This document shows positions 37,425 to 48,940 of a stretch of 64,000 nucleotides of DNA, piece after piece (the first letter of the stretch is position 1; every line of letters begins with the position of its first letter). The stretch lies in assembly GCA_963796275.1 (NCBI GenBank), contig CAWCKY010000006.1:2336001-2400000 (forward strand). The letters are read 5' to 3'. Below the pieces are notes generated by a model. It did not search any database, had not been told where the DNA came from, and was given only the letters and a program-made list of their open reading frames with translations. Origin of the DNA: an uncultured Acidobacteriota bacterium. Its GTDB lineage: Bacteria > Acidobacteriota > Blastocatellia > RBC074. The translations under genes were made by a program, and so were the position numbers.

Positions 37425-39248
37425 TTGACTATCGGTAAAAAGACGCGCGATCGGGTCATTCGTTTGCTGTGTGCTCCCGCCGTGGCCGCAGTCAGCGCTC
37501 TGTGGCTGAGTGCGACGCCGGGAGCCGGGTTGCCGGCGCAGACAGTACCGGCGCGCCCCAACGTCTTGCTCATCATCACTGACGACCAGGGCTACGGCGA
37601 CCTGGGGGTTCACGGCAATCCTAAGATTCATACGCCAAATCTGGACCGGCTCGCGCGCGATAGCGTGCAGTTCCAATCTTTCTACGTCTCGCCCGTTTGC
37701 TCCCCGACACGTGCGAGTTTGATGACCGGGCGTTATAACTACCGCACCGGCGTGGTCGACACCTATCTGGGTCGCTCGCTGATGAACGCGGATGAAGTGA
37801 CGCTGGCCGAGATACTGGCTGCCGCCGGGTACCGCACGGGCATCTTCGGCAAATGGCACCTCGGCGACAACTACCCGCTCCGCGCGATGGATCAGGGGTT
37901 TCAGGAATCATCGGTGCTCAACGGTGGCGGCATTGGCCAGCCTTCCGATCCTGTGGGAGGTGAGAGCTACTTCGACCCGCTACTGCGTTGCAACGGCGTG
38001 TGGGTGAAGACTAAAGGTTACGTCAGCGACGTCATTACCGATGCGGCCCTGAAGTTCATCGGCGAAAATCGAGATCGGCCTTTTTTTGCTTACCTTGCCT
38101 TCAACGCGCCGCATACGCCGCTGGAAGTGCCGGAGCGGTACCATGCGAAGTACAAACAGATGGACCTCAGGCGGGAGGATTTTCCTGGCGTAAAAGAGGT
38201 CGGCGGACATCCGATTCCGCAAAACTTCGATCCGGACACGACCGCGAAGATTTATGGAATGGTGGAAAACATTGATGATAATCTGGGGCGGTTGTTGCGC
38301 GGGCTCGATCAGTTCAAGCTCAGCGACAAGACCGTCGTCATCTTCCTGACCGACAACGGACCGCAGCAGCCGCGCTATAACGCCGGTATGTTTCAGCGCA
38401 AGGGAAGCACGCACGAAGGGGGCATCCGTGTTCCGTTCTTCGTACGCTGGCCCGGGCGTTTTGATGCGGGGCGCAAAATCGATCGCATTGCGGCTCACCT
38501 GGATGTAACGCCGACGCTCCTCGATGTTTGCGGAGTCGCTAAGCCCTCGCGGGTAAAGTTCGATGGGGTGAGCCTGCTGCCATTGCTCAAGGGCGAGCGG
38601 GTTGATTGGCCGGATCGCATGCTCTTCTTCCAGTGGCATAGAGGCGACGCGCCCGAGCTTTACCGCGCCTTCGCCGCGCGCGGCGAGCTGTATAAGCTGG
38701 TGCAACCGGCGGAACGACCCGGGCAGAACGACGGCGCCTGGAATCCGGTCTTCAAACTTTACGACATGCAGCACGACCCGCTCGAAACGCGCGACCTGGC
38801 CGCTGCCCAGCCGGATGTGGTCGAAAGGATGAAACGCGCTTATGAGGCATGGTTCAAGGATGTGACGAGCGATTACGCCGATCCACAAACGGCCGTAGTG
38901 CGCATCTCCATCGGCTCGCCACAGGAGAACCCGGTGCGTCTGACACGGCAGGATTGGCGCGGCCCGCAGGCTGGCTGGACGCCGCAGAGCCTGGGGCATT
39001 GGGAGGTAAAGGTCTCGCGGGCGGGGACATATACCGTCACGGCACGCGTCAGCAAGTCGGATATGCGGGCTACGGCGCGCTTCGCGCTCGGAGGCGCGAT
39101 GCTGCAGAAGGATGTTCCAGCAGGTGCAACCGAGATCGTCTTTAGCGACGTCCGCCTGTCGCAGGGCCCTGGTCGGCTCGAATGCTATGTCGAGCAGGAG
39201 GGCAAGAGAGTAGGCGTGCTTGATGTTACGGTCAAGCGCCTCAAGTGA
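37425..39248 (+). CDS. Arylsulfatase with C-terminal beta domain
   Basis: [41 protein letters not shown]. Confidence 0.92.
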   Translation: MTIGKKTRDRVIRLLCAPAVAAVSALWLSATPGAGLPAQTVPARPNVLLIITDDQGYGDLGVHGNPKIHTPNLDRLARDSVQFQSFYVSPVCSPTRASLMTGRYNYRTGVVDTYLGRSLMNADEVTLAEILAAAGYRTGIFGKWHLGDNYPLRAMDQGFQESSVLNGGGIGQPSDPVGGESYFDPLLRCNGVWVKTKGYVSDVITDAALKFIGENRDRPFFAYLAFNAPHTPLEVPERYHAKYKQMDLRREDFPGVKEVGGHPIPQNFDPDTTAKIYGMVENIDDNLGRLLRGLDQFKLSDKTVVIFLTDNGPQQPRYNAGMFQRKGSTHEGGIRVPFFVRWPGRFDAGRKIDRIAAHLDVTPTLLDVCGVAKPSRVKFDGVSLLPLLKGERVDWPDRMLFFQWHRGDAPELYRAFAARGELYKLVQPAERPGQNDGAWNPVFKLYDMQHDPLETRDLAAAQPDVVERMKRAYEAWFKDVTSDYADPQTAVVRISIGSPQENPVRLTRQDWRGPQAGWTPQSLGHWEVKVSRAGTYTVTARVSKSDMRATARFALGGAMLQKDVPAGATEIVFSDVRLSQGPGRLECYVEQEGKRVGVLDVTVKRLK

Positions 39249-39485
39249 GCGAGTCTGACAACTACGCAAAATCTAAACGTTTTGAAAAACAAGTCGTGGA
39301 TTCTGCGGTTTCCCATGAATATGCAGTTTGAGGATTGCGGAGCACTTTTGGAGAAGTACTCGCCAAAGGCTCCGCCATGCCTGTTATTCCTTCACGCGGC
39401 ATCACACCAGAATCGCTGTTCCGCCCATATGCAGCGATCGGTTCGGCGCATACCGATCTATCCCGATCACAGTGGAGTGACCCGA

Positions 39486-40274
39486 CTAACGAGTTAGGGC
39501 TTTTTTCGTTCCGTTCCATTCCAGCACTACCAGGACTGGCCGGGAATCGGAAGCTACCCGATCATCGATAACAGTCGTCTCTATAACCTGCCACGGGTCC
39601 GATTTGCGCACGAGCACATGATCAATCGTGCTGAGGTTTGGCATGGTATTTTTCCATTGCTTACCGAATTCCATCATCGTCTCGCTGCCGGCTTGTGCGT
39701 TCAAATCACCGGCCAGCAGGCAGGTCGGGTCATCCTGGATCGGAAAAAGGCGATTGATCTCCTTCGCTTGGGCGACGCGATTGGCTTCGCGCTGGTGGCA
39801 CAAGTGGGTGTTAATGAAGAGCAGTTCCGGCAGATCATCGTACAGCCTGAGGCGCACGGCCAGCGCGGCGCGAGGCTCACCACCCTTATCGTGAGGGAGC
39901 GCATACAACTTCACCTCATTCGGTTTGACTATCGAAAGAATCGCCTCCCCGTACTCGCCTCCGGAATAATCCAGGGCCTTGCCGAATTCGGCGTGCATTC
40001 CGGTAAGTCTGCCCAGCTCCGCGGCCTGGTCCACTCCGCTGGCCCGGTTCGTATTACGGTCTACCTCCTGCAGTGCGACGATGTCAGGCTGGAGCGCGAC
40101 GATGATCTTGGCAAGTCGTTCGAGATCGAACTTGCCGTCGGCGCCCTGGCCATGATGGATGTTGTACGTCAGTACGCGCAGTTGCGACTCTTGTGCAAGC
40201 CCGGGGGTGCACAGAATGGGCACAATCAGCGCGGCAAGTCCTAGGAAAAAGCGACTGTAAATAAAACGAAACAC
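39486..40274 (-). CDS. Endonuclease/exonuclease/phosphatase (EEP) family exported protein
   Basis: TYNIHHG, LQEVD, NTHL, GDLNA, IDHV; the terminal SDH motif reads SDS. Confidence 0.85.
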   Translation of the reverse strand: MFRFIYSRFFLGLAALIVPILCTPGLAQESQLRVLTYNIHHGQGADGKFDLERLAKIIVALQPDIVALQEVDRNTNRASGVDQAAELGRLTGMHAEFGKALDYSGGEYGEAILSIVKPNEVKLYALPHDKGGEPRAALAVRLRLYDDLPELLFINTHLCHQREANRVAQAKEINRLFPIQDDPTCLLAGDLNAQAGSETMMEFGKQWKNTMPNLSTIDHVLVRKSDPWQVIETTVIDDRVASDSRPVLVVLEWNGTKKALTR

Positions 40275-40319
40275 GATCTTACCTCTTAACCTTTCGAAAA
40301 AAACCGACGCCGGTCACCG

Positions 40320-40860
40320 GATTTTAGAAAATAAACTTCAAGCCAAACTGGATGATGCGAGCGGGGCAGCAGAACTGATCTGTCCGAAGGCTGCTCGTCG
40401 CTCACCTTAGTACCCGGATTTCCGAGGTTGACATGATTGAATGCGTTAAAGGCCTCGGAATTGGAGCGATTTATTCTCAGTAATCCGCGTGTTTTTAAAC
40501 AACGATATTTAAACAACGATATATTGATTGCCCCCGGGCCCACGACTACACCTTCGCCCGATGTTCCATATCGGGTATACAGCTGGTCGACGAACGCGTT
40601 GGTGTTAAACCAGCGCGTCAATGTGCGCTTATCGCGCGGGAGGTTGGCGGCTTCTCCTGTTGAATCGGCCTTATTCCCTGCGTGGCTGCCGACGCCGTTG
40701 TTCAAGCAGCTGCCTACGCTCAAATATGCCCCCGAACGAACCGTGGTGATCCCGTTCAATTGCCATCCGCCAGCCAAGCGGCTTAGAACCCCGCGCCCCC
40801 AGCCAAGCAACGGTGCTGAACCGCTCTCGTCACGAGAAGTTCCGACGATCGAGCTATACG
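40320..40860 (-). pseudogene. C-terminal fragment of an Oar-like TonB-dependent receptor
   Basis: GGWQLNGITT, RWFNTNAF, GPG, EAFNAFNHVNLGNP; a 14-bp tandem duplication (TTTAAACAACGATA x2, 40494-40521) breaks the frame; no N-terminal part. Confidence 0.8.
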
Positions 40861-41405
40861 TCGCTCGCCCATAAATCTTTTGAGGTCGGCGGGACAGACA
40901 ACCCGACTGCGAGGGTTAATAGAAGTCTAATCATATTGGGGTTCCTTTAGATAGACTGCTTACACATAAAACGTTTCAGCACTAAAAGACTCCTCTCGAA
41001 TGAGAAGTCGATACGGATGAACTACCGATAATTCCGGGGGTAATTCCCAAATCGAATGTTTGTTTTAAGAGAGGTTTACGGATGAAACGAAGATCGAATC
41101 AATTCCATCGACCATTTTATTCGCTTGACCACAGGTAAAACCTTGATCTCGTGAGTTTGTTTTAAATGGATTGGGAGATGATCGGAGTGATTATCACTTG
41201 GTAATGCATCTCAATCTGTTAAGACGGGATTTAAATCGGTTATGTTTCAACTTTATCTCCATTTTCGCTCATTTTTTAGACTCGATTATTAATAATACAA
41301 AAATAGTTCCGATGTATGTCGAGCAACTTCCCGCGATCTCTGTCCCCGAAGTGCGGCAACCCGACAGGCAGCACCGAATCGATGGCCGCGCCGCCAAAGA
41401 ACCAC

Positions 41406-41432
41406 TTGACTACCTACTACAAATGTAGTAGG
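41406..41432 (+). promoter_or_regulatory. BlaI/MecI-type operator palindrome next to a -35 box
   Basis: TTGACT followed by CCTACTACA-AA-TGTAGTAGG, containing the ACTACAnnTGTAGT core of bla/mec operators. Confidence 0.7.
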
Positions 41433-41605
41433 GTTGGCCTCGGTTGTAGTTAGAGAAGCGAACCGTCAAGCTGACCGGTTCGAGAAGGAACTTATGGGGG
41501 CGCATCGGGAATCGGGCGGGGAAAGACGCTCGGTCGAAACGGTGATGATTTTAACCGGGATCCCGTGCGCTGCCGGATATTTATGAATAAAGGGGGATTG
41601 AGTCT

Positions 41606-42370
41606 ATGTTGAATGTTAAACGACATACGAAACTATCACTTTTCAGTCGAACTGTGAGCGGATCGGCAATCGCCGCGTTGCTCGCCGTCGGCTTCGCTCT
41701 GCCGATTTTTACGCATGATAACGCGGAAGCATCGAAGCTTTCTGCGGCGCAGGGTCAAACGATCGAACCGATGTCACAGAATTTGAGGCCGACGATCTTC
41801 TATAAAGAGAAAGCACAATACACCGAAGAGGCTCGCCAGAACGGGCTTGAGGGCAGAGTCACTCTACAAGCGGTATTCGCTAATGATGGAAACATCACAA
41901 ATATTGAGGTCTATAGCGGGTTGCCGGATGGATTGACTGAAAAAGCGATAGAAGCTGCGAAGAAGATACAGTTTAAACCGGCGACCAGAAATGACGTGCC
42001 GGTCAGCGTGCGCGGGAAGTTGGAGTTCGACTTCAGACTGTACAAATCAGATGACGACTTGACGGCAAAGCAGGCTGGGGTAGAAACCGTCTATCCTATG
42101 TCATCTTCACTGCGGCCGACAATAACGTATAAAGAGAAGGCCGACTATACGCAAGAAGCGCGAGACAATAACATTCAAGGGACTGTCGTGTTAAACATCA
42201 TCTTCGGCGCGGACGGCAATATCAAAGCTGTCAGGGTCGAGAGCGGATTACCATATGGATTGACGGAGGAAGCCATCAGGGCTGCGCGCAAGATTCGTTA
42301 TGAGCCAGCGATGAAGGATGGAAAGCCAGCGAGTGTGAGGGGAAACCTCGAGTTCGGCTTCAGTTTGTGA
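41606..42370 (+). CDS. Membrane-anchored protein with two TonB C-terminal domains
   Basis: One TM helix, then two repeats PMS..LRPTI.YKEKA.YT.EAR....G.V.L...F..DGNI...GLP.GLTE.AI.AA.KI...PA. Confidence 0.9.
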   Translation: MLNVKRHTKLSLFSRTVSGSAIAALLAVGFALPIFTHDNAEASKLSAAQGQTIEPMSQNLRPTIFYKEKAQYTEEARQNGLEGRVTLQAVFANDGNITNIEVYSGLPDGLTEKAIEAAKKIQFKPATRNDVPVSVRGKLEFDFRLYKSDDDLTAKQAGVETVYPMSSSLRPTITYKEKADYTQEARDNNIQGTVVLNIIFGADGNIKAVRVESGLPYGLTEEAIRAARKIRYEPAMKDGKPASVRGNLEFGFSL

Positions 42371-42677
42371 GCATCTGATATAACGAATATCGTTCGTGGC
42401 GCCGGCTTGGTCCAGCTCGTCATGCGCATGACTGTTTGTAACAAGTGAGAGCAAATGACAAACGAACGTTGCACCATCGCTGCCGGAGTGGCGCTCCAGC
42501 CGCATGTCTGGCCGCCAGTCGATTGCTTTCAACGATTATGGGCGTCGCGTTGCTGACATTTGTTCCTGGTCGGTGTCGCCCTGATTGCGAGCTATATTAG
42601 GGCGCGGCGCGTAACAGGTTGATCTGTTGCAGCGCTGCGCCACTTATGAATCATTGTAAATGCTCAGCCAACGGGTT

Positions 42678-42749
42678 GCAGTAGGGGAGAGCGTGAGCGA
42701 GCTGAACCTGACAAGTGTTTTTTATCGAAGCTCGCTCCCCCGTACTGCG
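42678..42749. repeat. REP-like inverted repeat
   Basis: GCAGTAGGGGAGAGCGTGAGCGAGC ... GCTCGCTCCCCCGTACTGC between convergent genes. Confidence 0.5.
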
Positions 42750-42920
42750 CTGCTGGTTGTGCATGTACGAAGTCACTCATCGTTCTATGTTTCCGGATAG
42801 ATTGATAGTAACCGCCAGAACATTCTTGGGCGCAAACCCCGGATTTACTCTGATCAGATGAACAGGCTACTGATCAATAAGCCCCAGGCGTGATACCGGG
42901 CTTGAGGCGTTAATCGCCAC

Positions 42921-45900
42921 TCACTTCAATCTCACGTACTCTTTCTTCGCTTCAATCAAAACCGGCAGATCAGCGTCCGCCATTTTCCATAAGCGGAAGA
43001 AATCTTCATAAGCCTGGCGGCTTTTCGCCGCATCGCCATCCAATGCCGCCGCCCGCGCGAACCCGAGATGCGCGAGCGGCCAGAGCGGCGAGATCGCGTC
43101 CCATCCGCGATGCTCGATGATCTTTTGAAACTCTGCCGCCGCAAGCGCCCCATTCTTCGCCTGTAGTAGTGCCTGTCCGCGTATCCATACCGGCTTGAAG
43201 AAGATGGCGGCTTCGTATTGTCGCGCCGGCTGCAGCAGTTGAATAGCTTTGTCCGGCCCTGCCGCTGATCCACGCGTTAATTCCATGGTGGCGTGGATCA
43301 GCGGCAGCCAAACCGAGTTGTACATTGTATCCAGGGGGTGCTTGCGTGCGAGATTGTCGGAGAGCGATTGCGCAAGCGCCGCCTCGCCGCATAAGGCCAG
43401 CGTCCAGGCCAGCGGTTGTGAATCCAATTGCTGGATCAGAGAAGGCTCCAATTCTTCGTCCGCGATACTCTTCTTTTCAAGCAGGGAAAGGACGCGTGCC
43501 GTTTGTTTCTTAGCCAATTGCGTGAGTCCCAAGATCGCGCTCAGATTGGCTTCATTGGCCAGGATTCTGGCCTTCTCCGAAAGCAGGCCTCGCGCCTCGG
43601 CCAAAGCGGCTGCCTCCATGAAACTCTCGCCGGCCTCGCGCCGTCGCCCGGCAAAGGCAAACGACCGAGCTTCAATTTCACGGATCTGATATTCATCCGG
43701 CCTCCCATCAAACCACTCGATCTGGCGACGCATGGCCTGGCCATCATCCTTAAGGAACGCAATCAGGTAGAGCCGGTTGTGGAAGCCGCTGGAGTCCAGG
43801 TGGCGCGCCGCCCCCTGATGGATGACTTCTTGCGCCTCGTCAAAACGATTCAACCCGATCAAAGCGAGTGCGAGGTTTGCGCGCGAAAGCGAGAAATCGG
43901 GGTCCAGTCGCAATACCGTGCGGTAAGCCTCCTCCGCCTGCGCGTACTCCCCGGCGATCATCAGAGAGTTCCCGTGGAGATGGAATCCGTGTGATTCCTG
44001 GGGGTAGGTCTGTGTCAATAACGCAGTCGTTCCAATACGTTTATCGAGTTCACCGGTGATATACCTGAAAAAGGTCGCGGAGATTTCGAGCCGCTCTCGC
44101 TCGCTCGCCCGCTCGCGCAGTTGATAGGCTCGCTCGAGATACTCGTTGCCGAGAGCCAGTTTGCGCAGGTCGCGATATGAGGCCCCGAGTTGGACAAAAG
44201 CCAGAGCGAATTCACCGTCCCGTTCAATGGCCCGTTTGAAGGCTAAGATTGATTGGGCGTATTGCCCCTTACGTCTAAAATCAGCTCCGATGGTAAAATC
44301 CTTGAAAGCCTCGAGCGAGGGTGTCGTCGCCTGTTCAATTGGCGCATCGTACTTGCGGATCGAGGCGAGGGATTCGCCCAGTTGCTTGCGCATAGCGGTC
44401 GAGGCCTGGCCGAGCGCCCAAAGGACCTGCTCTTTACCTTCGGCCTCGATCTGCTGGTGCCCGATCGCCTCTCCGGTCTGGCTGTTGATCGCTTCCAGCG
44501 TGATCACGTAATTGCGTCCGAGGCTGGCGATCGTCCCGACGAGCAGCGCCTTGATTCCGCGCCGCTGGCAAATCTCGCGACCGACCTCGCGCAGTATCTT
44601 TTCATCGGGTGGCCGTTCCATCAGCCTGAGCGTCTCCCTGGCACGCTCCTCGGACAGGATATTGAAATAGGGCGACTGTTCAAACTGCACCATCAAGCCT
44701 TGTTTTAGCGTATCGTCGAAGACCGCATCGCCCGTAGTGTTGACGAAGTCCGTGAGCAGAATCATGTCTTTGTCGGTCAGCGCCGGCCGGTTTGGGATCA
44801 ATCCGCCGCCGAGGTAAAGATAAGCCGCGGCAACTGTGGCGAGAATCATGATCGCGATGGCGACGATGAGCAGGGTTCGTGTTCGCGCGGTCATCGACAA
44901 GACCGCGTCGCTCATTTTGTCGCGCGCGCCTTTGATACTTGTCTCAGCAATGCGTATCGCCATCCTGTAATTACTACCATCGGTTGCTGTCACAATCTGC
45001 GCGTTCTCGGATTCGATCCCTTGGATTCGAACATCCATAGCCAGACTAACTTGCACCGTTTTGAGATCGTCGAGTAACGCGTGCGCAGTTTGATAACGTT
45101 CTTCCCGTTTCTTGGCTAAGGCACGGTCGATGATATTCTGCAAGGCGGCCGGTGCGCCTGGCGTAACACCGGCGATTGGCGGCGTAGGCGCATCCGTAAT
45201 CGCCACCATCGTGTGATGCCAGGTCTCGCCGCCGAAGGGCCGGTTCCAGGTGATCAACTCATAAAGGATAACCCCCAGGCTGAACAGATCGCTCCGCCAA
45301 TCTACCTTCTCTCCCCGCACCTGTTCCGGCGACATGTAGTTGACAGTTCCCATCACTACACCGGCCCGCGTCTCGAAATCCAAACTCGTTTGAGTATCGG
45401 TGTTGATTTTGTTCTCGCCAGACTCCGGCTCGGATAGTTTGGCCAGCCCGAAATCGAGCACCTTCACGTACCCGTCGGGCCGCAGCATGATGTTTTCCGG
45501 CTTGATATCGCGGTGGACAATGCCCGCTGCGTGAGCGGCTGCGAGCGCGCTCGCCACCTGTATAACCAGATCCAGTATTTGGTTGAGTGAATGACCCGGG
45601 TTATTGATACAATTTCGCAGGGTGTGCCCCTCGACAAATTCCGAGGCGATGTAGTCGCGGCCGTTCTCCCGGCCGAAGTCGTAAATGGTGATGATATTCG
45701 GATGATTGAGTGCGCTGGCGGCGTGAGCTTCGCGGTAAAAACGACGCACACGCTCCGGATTATCGACGAGCGGCGACGGCAGGAGTTTGAGTGCCGCTCG
45801 CCGCCTGAGCCGCGTGTCGTAGGCGAGATAAACCGTTCCCATCCCGCCTCGCCCCAGCTCTTTGATCAGCCGGTAGACGCCGATCACCTCGTCGCTGAAA

Positions 45901-46136
45901 CTCTGCGAATCATCGGGGCGGGAATTCGAGGATATGAGGGCGTCGGCGAGGTGGTACGCCGGGCGATCGATCAGCAGATCGTCGCGCGCATCAGCCGCGA
46001 GCATGGCTTCCACACGACGCCGAATCTCCTCATCGCCTGCGGAGGCGTGCGCGAGCAATGTAGCGCGTTCCTCAACCGGGCATTCCACGGCAGCCTCAAA
46101 GAGCTCGTGAATCTTTTGCCAGCGTTCCGGACTCAT
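42921..46136 (-). CDS. Hanks-type Ser/Thr kinase with TM segment and TPR region
   Basis: GRGGMGTV, ALK, HRDIKPEN, DFGLAK, GTVNYMSPE; TM helix; TPR repeats. Confidence 0.95.
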   Translation of the reverse strand: MSPERWQKIHELFEAAVECPVEERATLLAHASAGDEEIRRRVEAMLAADARDDLLIDRPAYHLADALISSNSRPDDSQSFSDEVIGVYRLIKELGRGGMGTVYLAYDTRLRRRAALKLLPSPLVDNPERVRRFYREAHAASALNHPNIITIYDFGRENGRDYIASEFVEGHTLRNCINNPGHSLNQILDLVIQVASALAAAHAAGIVHRDIKPENIMLRPDGYVKVLDFGLAKLSEPESGENKINTDTQTSLDFETRAGVVMGTVNYMSPEQVRGEKVDWRSDLFSLGVILYELITWNRPFGGETWHHTMVAITDAPTPPIAGVTPGAPAALQNIIDRALAKKREERYQTAHALLDDLKTVQVSLAMDVRIQGIESENAQIVTATDGSNYRMAIRIAETSIKGARDKMSDAVLSMTARTRTLLIVAIAIMILATVAAAYLYLGGGLIPNRPALTDKDMILLTDFVNTTGDAVFDDTLKQGLMVQFEQSPYFNILSEERARETLRLMERPPDEKILREVGREICQRRGIKALLVGTIASLGRNYVITLEAINSQTGEAIGHQQIEAEGKEQVLWALGQASTAMRKQLGESLASIRKYDAPIEQATTPSLEAFKDFTIGADFRRKGQYAQSILAFKRAIERDGEFALAFVQLGASYRDLRKLALGNEYLERAYQLRERASERERLEISATFFRYITGELDKRIGTTALLTQTYPQESHGFHLHGNSLMIAGEYAQAEEAYRTVLRLDPDFSLSRANLALALIGLNRFDEAQEVIHQGAARHLDSSGFHNRLYLIAFLKDDGQAMRRQIEWFDGRPDEYQIREIEARSFAFAGRRREAGESFMEAAALAEARGLLSEKARILANEANLSAILGLTQLAKKQTARVLSLLEKKSIADEELEPSLIQQLDSQPLAWTLALCGEAALAQSLSDNLARKHPLDTMYNSVWLPLIHATMELTRGSAAGPDKAIQLLQPARQYEAAIFFKPVWIRGQALLQAKNGALAAAEFQKIIEHRGWDAISPLWPLAHLGFARAAALDGDAAKSRQAYEDFFRLWKMADADLPVLIEAKKEYVRLK

Positions 46137-46710
46137 GTTTCGCAATCGAATGGTTCAACTCTGTTTGCAACCATGCGCGGGCAGCGCGCCATCCACGTTC
46201 GACCGTGGGAGTCGAGATGCCCATGACATGAGCTGTCTCTTCAATCGTCAATCCGCCGAAAAAGCGAAGCTCGACGATTCGGCTTTTTTGCGGATCGACC
46301 TCAGCCAGGGTTTCAAGCGCCCCATTGAGCACAAGCATATCCACAACCTCTTCCTGCACGATGTTCGCTGCAGCCGTGAGAGAGATATGCTGCAGGTCAC
46401 CGCCGCGTTTGAGCCTTTGCCGCGCACGCGCGTGATCCACCAGGAGCTGGCGCATTAACCTCGCCGCGATGCCGAAGAAGTGCGCGCGACTCTCCCACGG
46501 GACCGATTGCTCGACCAGCCTTAGGTAGGCTTCATTGATCAGTTCGGCGCTTTCGAGCGTGTAGCCGGCGCGTTCACCGCGCAGTTGACGACGCGCGATC
46601 CGGCGCAAGGTGTCATAAACGAGTGGGATCAATTCGTCGCGTGCCGCATCATCGCCCCGGCCCCATGCGAGCAGCAAGTGAGTCATGTTTTCAGATACGG
46701 GGGTATTCAT
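46096..46710 (-). CDS. ECF sigma factor of the kinase-associated type
   Basis: LIPLVYDTLRRIA, LINEAYLRL, RAHFFGIAARLMRQLLVDHAR, VELRFFGGLTIEETA, WRAARAWL. Confidence 0.93.
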   Translation of the reverse strand: MNTPVSENMTHLLLAWGRGDDAARDELIPLVYDTLRRIARRQLRGERAGYTLESAELINEAYLRLVEQSVPWESRAHFFGIAARLMRQLLVDHARARQRLKRGGDLQHISLTAAANIVQEEVVDMLVLNGALETLAEVDPQKSRIVELRFFGGLTIEETAHVMGISTPTVERGWRAARAWLQTELNHSIAKHESGTLAKDSRAL

Positions 46711-47061
46711 CGTAACCAGCCAAGACACGCTGAGCTTTTTCTGCCGGTCATTAAATCATGGAGAATGAGTGATCATTAACCAGTGCCGCGCACCGGCAGA
46801 TTATGCTCCATAGTTTAGAAATAAGACAGGCATCAATTCAATTCTCTAATCTTAGTCTGAGAATTCAAAAAGATTTCGCTTGATGATGGAGTTTTAGGGC
46901 GAATGACGCATATTAAACTGAGAGCCTAATATAATTTCGCCGACACGATGGCCGTTTACTCGGCAGACGCCGCCATCCGCTCGCGGTAGTATTCGATATT
47001 GCATTCGCAGAAGAGATCTACGCCGGCGCCGAAATGTCTCCCGTTTCGCAAAGGAGTGGTC

Positions 47062-48424
47062 ATGAGAAAATCCCCCGCGTCCTTCGATCCCGCCACAGCC
47101 GGGATCGGTCATGAGCTTTACCGGATTCTGATGGAGAGTATAAATGAAGCCGTCTTTGTCATTGATCCTCACGACTTCAATCTTCTGGATGTGAATCAAA
47201 AGGCTGTCACGCTCTTGGGGTACTCGGTCGACGAGATGCTGGCCCTCGACATGGGCCGCCTTCTTCCCGAGCACGGTCTCCGACTGCGGGCCGCCGCCCA
47301 CAACGCCGAGCCGTTGATGATCGAGGAGGGACTGAGGGCGAAATGCGGAAGGGCCATCCCCTGCGCCCTGACCATTCGGGCCATCAACCATTCCGCTCGT
47401 CCCATGGCCCTCTTGATCGCCCGCGAATCGAAGGTGGAAGTTTGCCTCTCATCTATAAATCTTGCGGCGGGGCGCGAAGACCTCGTCGAAACGACGTTCG
47501 CTTTCCCAAGCATTATCGGGCAGAGCTCCCAGATTCGCCATGTTTGCCGTTTAATCGGGCTGGTGGCCCAAAGCGATGCCACGGTCCTCATCCAGGGCGA
47601 AAGCGGAACTGGGAAAGAGTTGGTCGCTCAGGCCATCCATTTTCATAGCCGTCGTGCGGAACGGCCCCTGATCAAGGTCAATTGCGCGGCGCTCACTGAA
47701 ACCCTGCTCGAAAGCGAATTGTTCGGTCACCGGAGAGGAGCTTTCACCGGAGCCATTCAAGATCGGAAGGGCCGGTTCAAGCTGGCTGACGGCGGGACCA
47801 TTATTCTGGACGAAATCGACAGTCTTTCACTTTCGGGCCAGGCCAAATTGCTGCGCGTTTTACAGGAGAGAGAGTTCGAGCCGGTCGGGGATGCCGCCAC
47901 GATCAAGGTCGACGTTCGCGTCGTCGCTGTGACCAATGCGGGATCTGACCGGGGCCATCGTCGCCGGCCGATTCAGAGAAGATTTGTATTACCGGCTCAA
48001 TGCTTTTCCGATCCGGCTCCCGCCGCTGAGAGAACGAAGAGATGATATTTCATCGCTGGTCAGCCATTTTTTGCGGAAATATTCAACCTCGCTCAGGAAA
48101 CAGATCGCCGACCTCGAGCTAGAGGCTCTGGCCATGCTCATGGACTATCCCTGGCCGGGCAATGTGAGGGAGCTTGAAAACACGATCGAATATGCCGTCA
48201 TCCTGGAGAGAGGGCGGAGCTTGAGCGCCGCCAGTCTGCCGGACAAACTTAAGCATGAGGAGAGACCGAACCACTCGCTGAAAGACCGCCTCGAAACCGC
48301 AGAGAAGCAGATAATCCTGGAGGCGTTGAGCATTACCAACGGAGTCAAGCAACGCGCGGCTGCGCTGCTCGGGATCGACCGCCGCAACTTCGGATATTTT
48401 CTCAATAAACATGGCATCAGGTAA
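47062..48424 (+). CDS. Sigma54-dependent enhancer-binding protein (PAS-AAA+-Fis HTH), one frameshift near 47938
   Basis: PAS region; GESGTGKE, ESELFGH..GAFTGA, LLRVLQE in ORF 46999-48045; continues as FREDLYYRLN, WPGNVREL and HTH in ORF 47936-48424. Confidence 0.9.
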
Positions 48425-48452
48425 GCCCACCTTGTCCATTGGGTTGGGAGCA

Positions 48453-48851
48453 TTACTGATTGTGAAGTGGGGATTCCAGCAAATAGAGCAAATTTCGGGC
48501 GAAATCGGTCTTGATCAGGAATTGAACTCCGACGAGCGGCGGGGCGATCCGATCCCACGCGGGTTGATCTTCAGGCTCAATCATCAGAACGATCCTGGTG
48601 TTGTTAGATAACCTGGCGAGATCGGTAGCGAATTGCAGACCGGCGGCCAGCGGGGCGCCGGCGTCCACCACGATCGCGCCATACGAGGATCGGGCGATTC
48701 TCTCAATATCTGCCTGGGCAAAACCGCCCCTCTCCTCAATCTGTTGATAGCCGGCGGAGAGGAGAAGGTTGACGATCGCTTCGCGAATTTGCTCGTCCGG
48801 TTCGATAATCAAAATGGATTGGTGAAAGGTTGTTTTCTCATAGCTCACCAC
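48453..48851 (-). CDS. Stand-alone atypical receiver (REC)-like protein
   Basis: SILIIEPDEQIREAI..LL..AGY, AIVVD, FLIK pattern; no output domain. Confidence 0.6.
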   Translation of the reverse strand: MVSYEKTTFHQSILIIEPDEQIREAIVNLLLSAGYQQIEERGGFAQADIERIARSSYGAIVVDAGAPLAAGLQFATDLARLSNNTRIVLMIEPEDQPAWDRIAPPLVGVQFLIKTDFARNLLYLLESPLHNQ

Positions 48852-48940
48852 ACACCTCTCTGCTTAATGACCAGCTTTTTACCCGCCTACTTTACGTTCG
48901 GAGAGATATTATGCGGCGCCGAATTCATGTGCTTTCATAT

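Noticed and set aside
37980-39269. 429-aa minus-strand ORF
   Set aside because: Shadow of the arylsulfatase; no motifs
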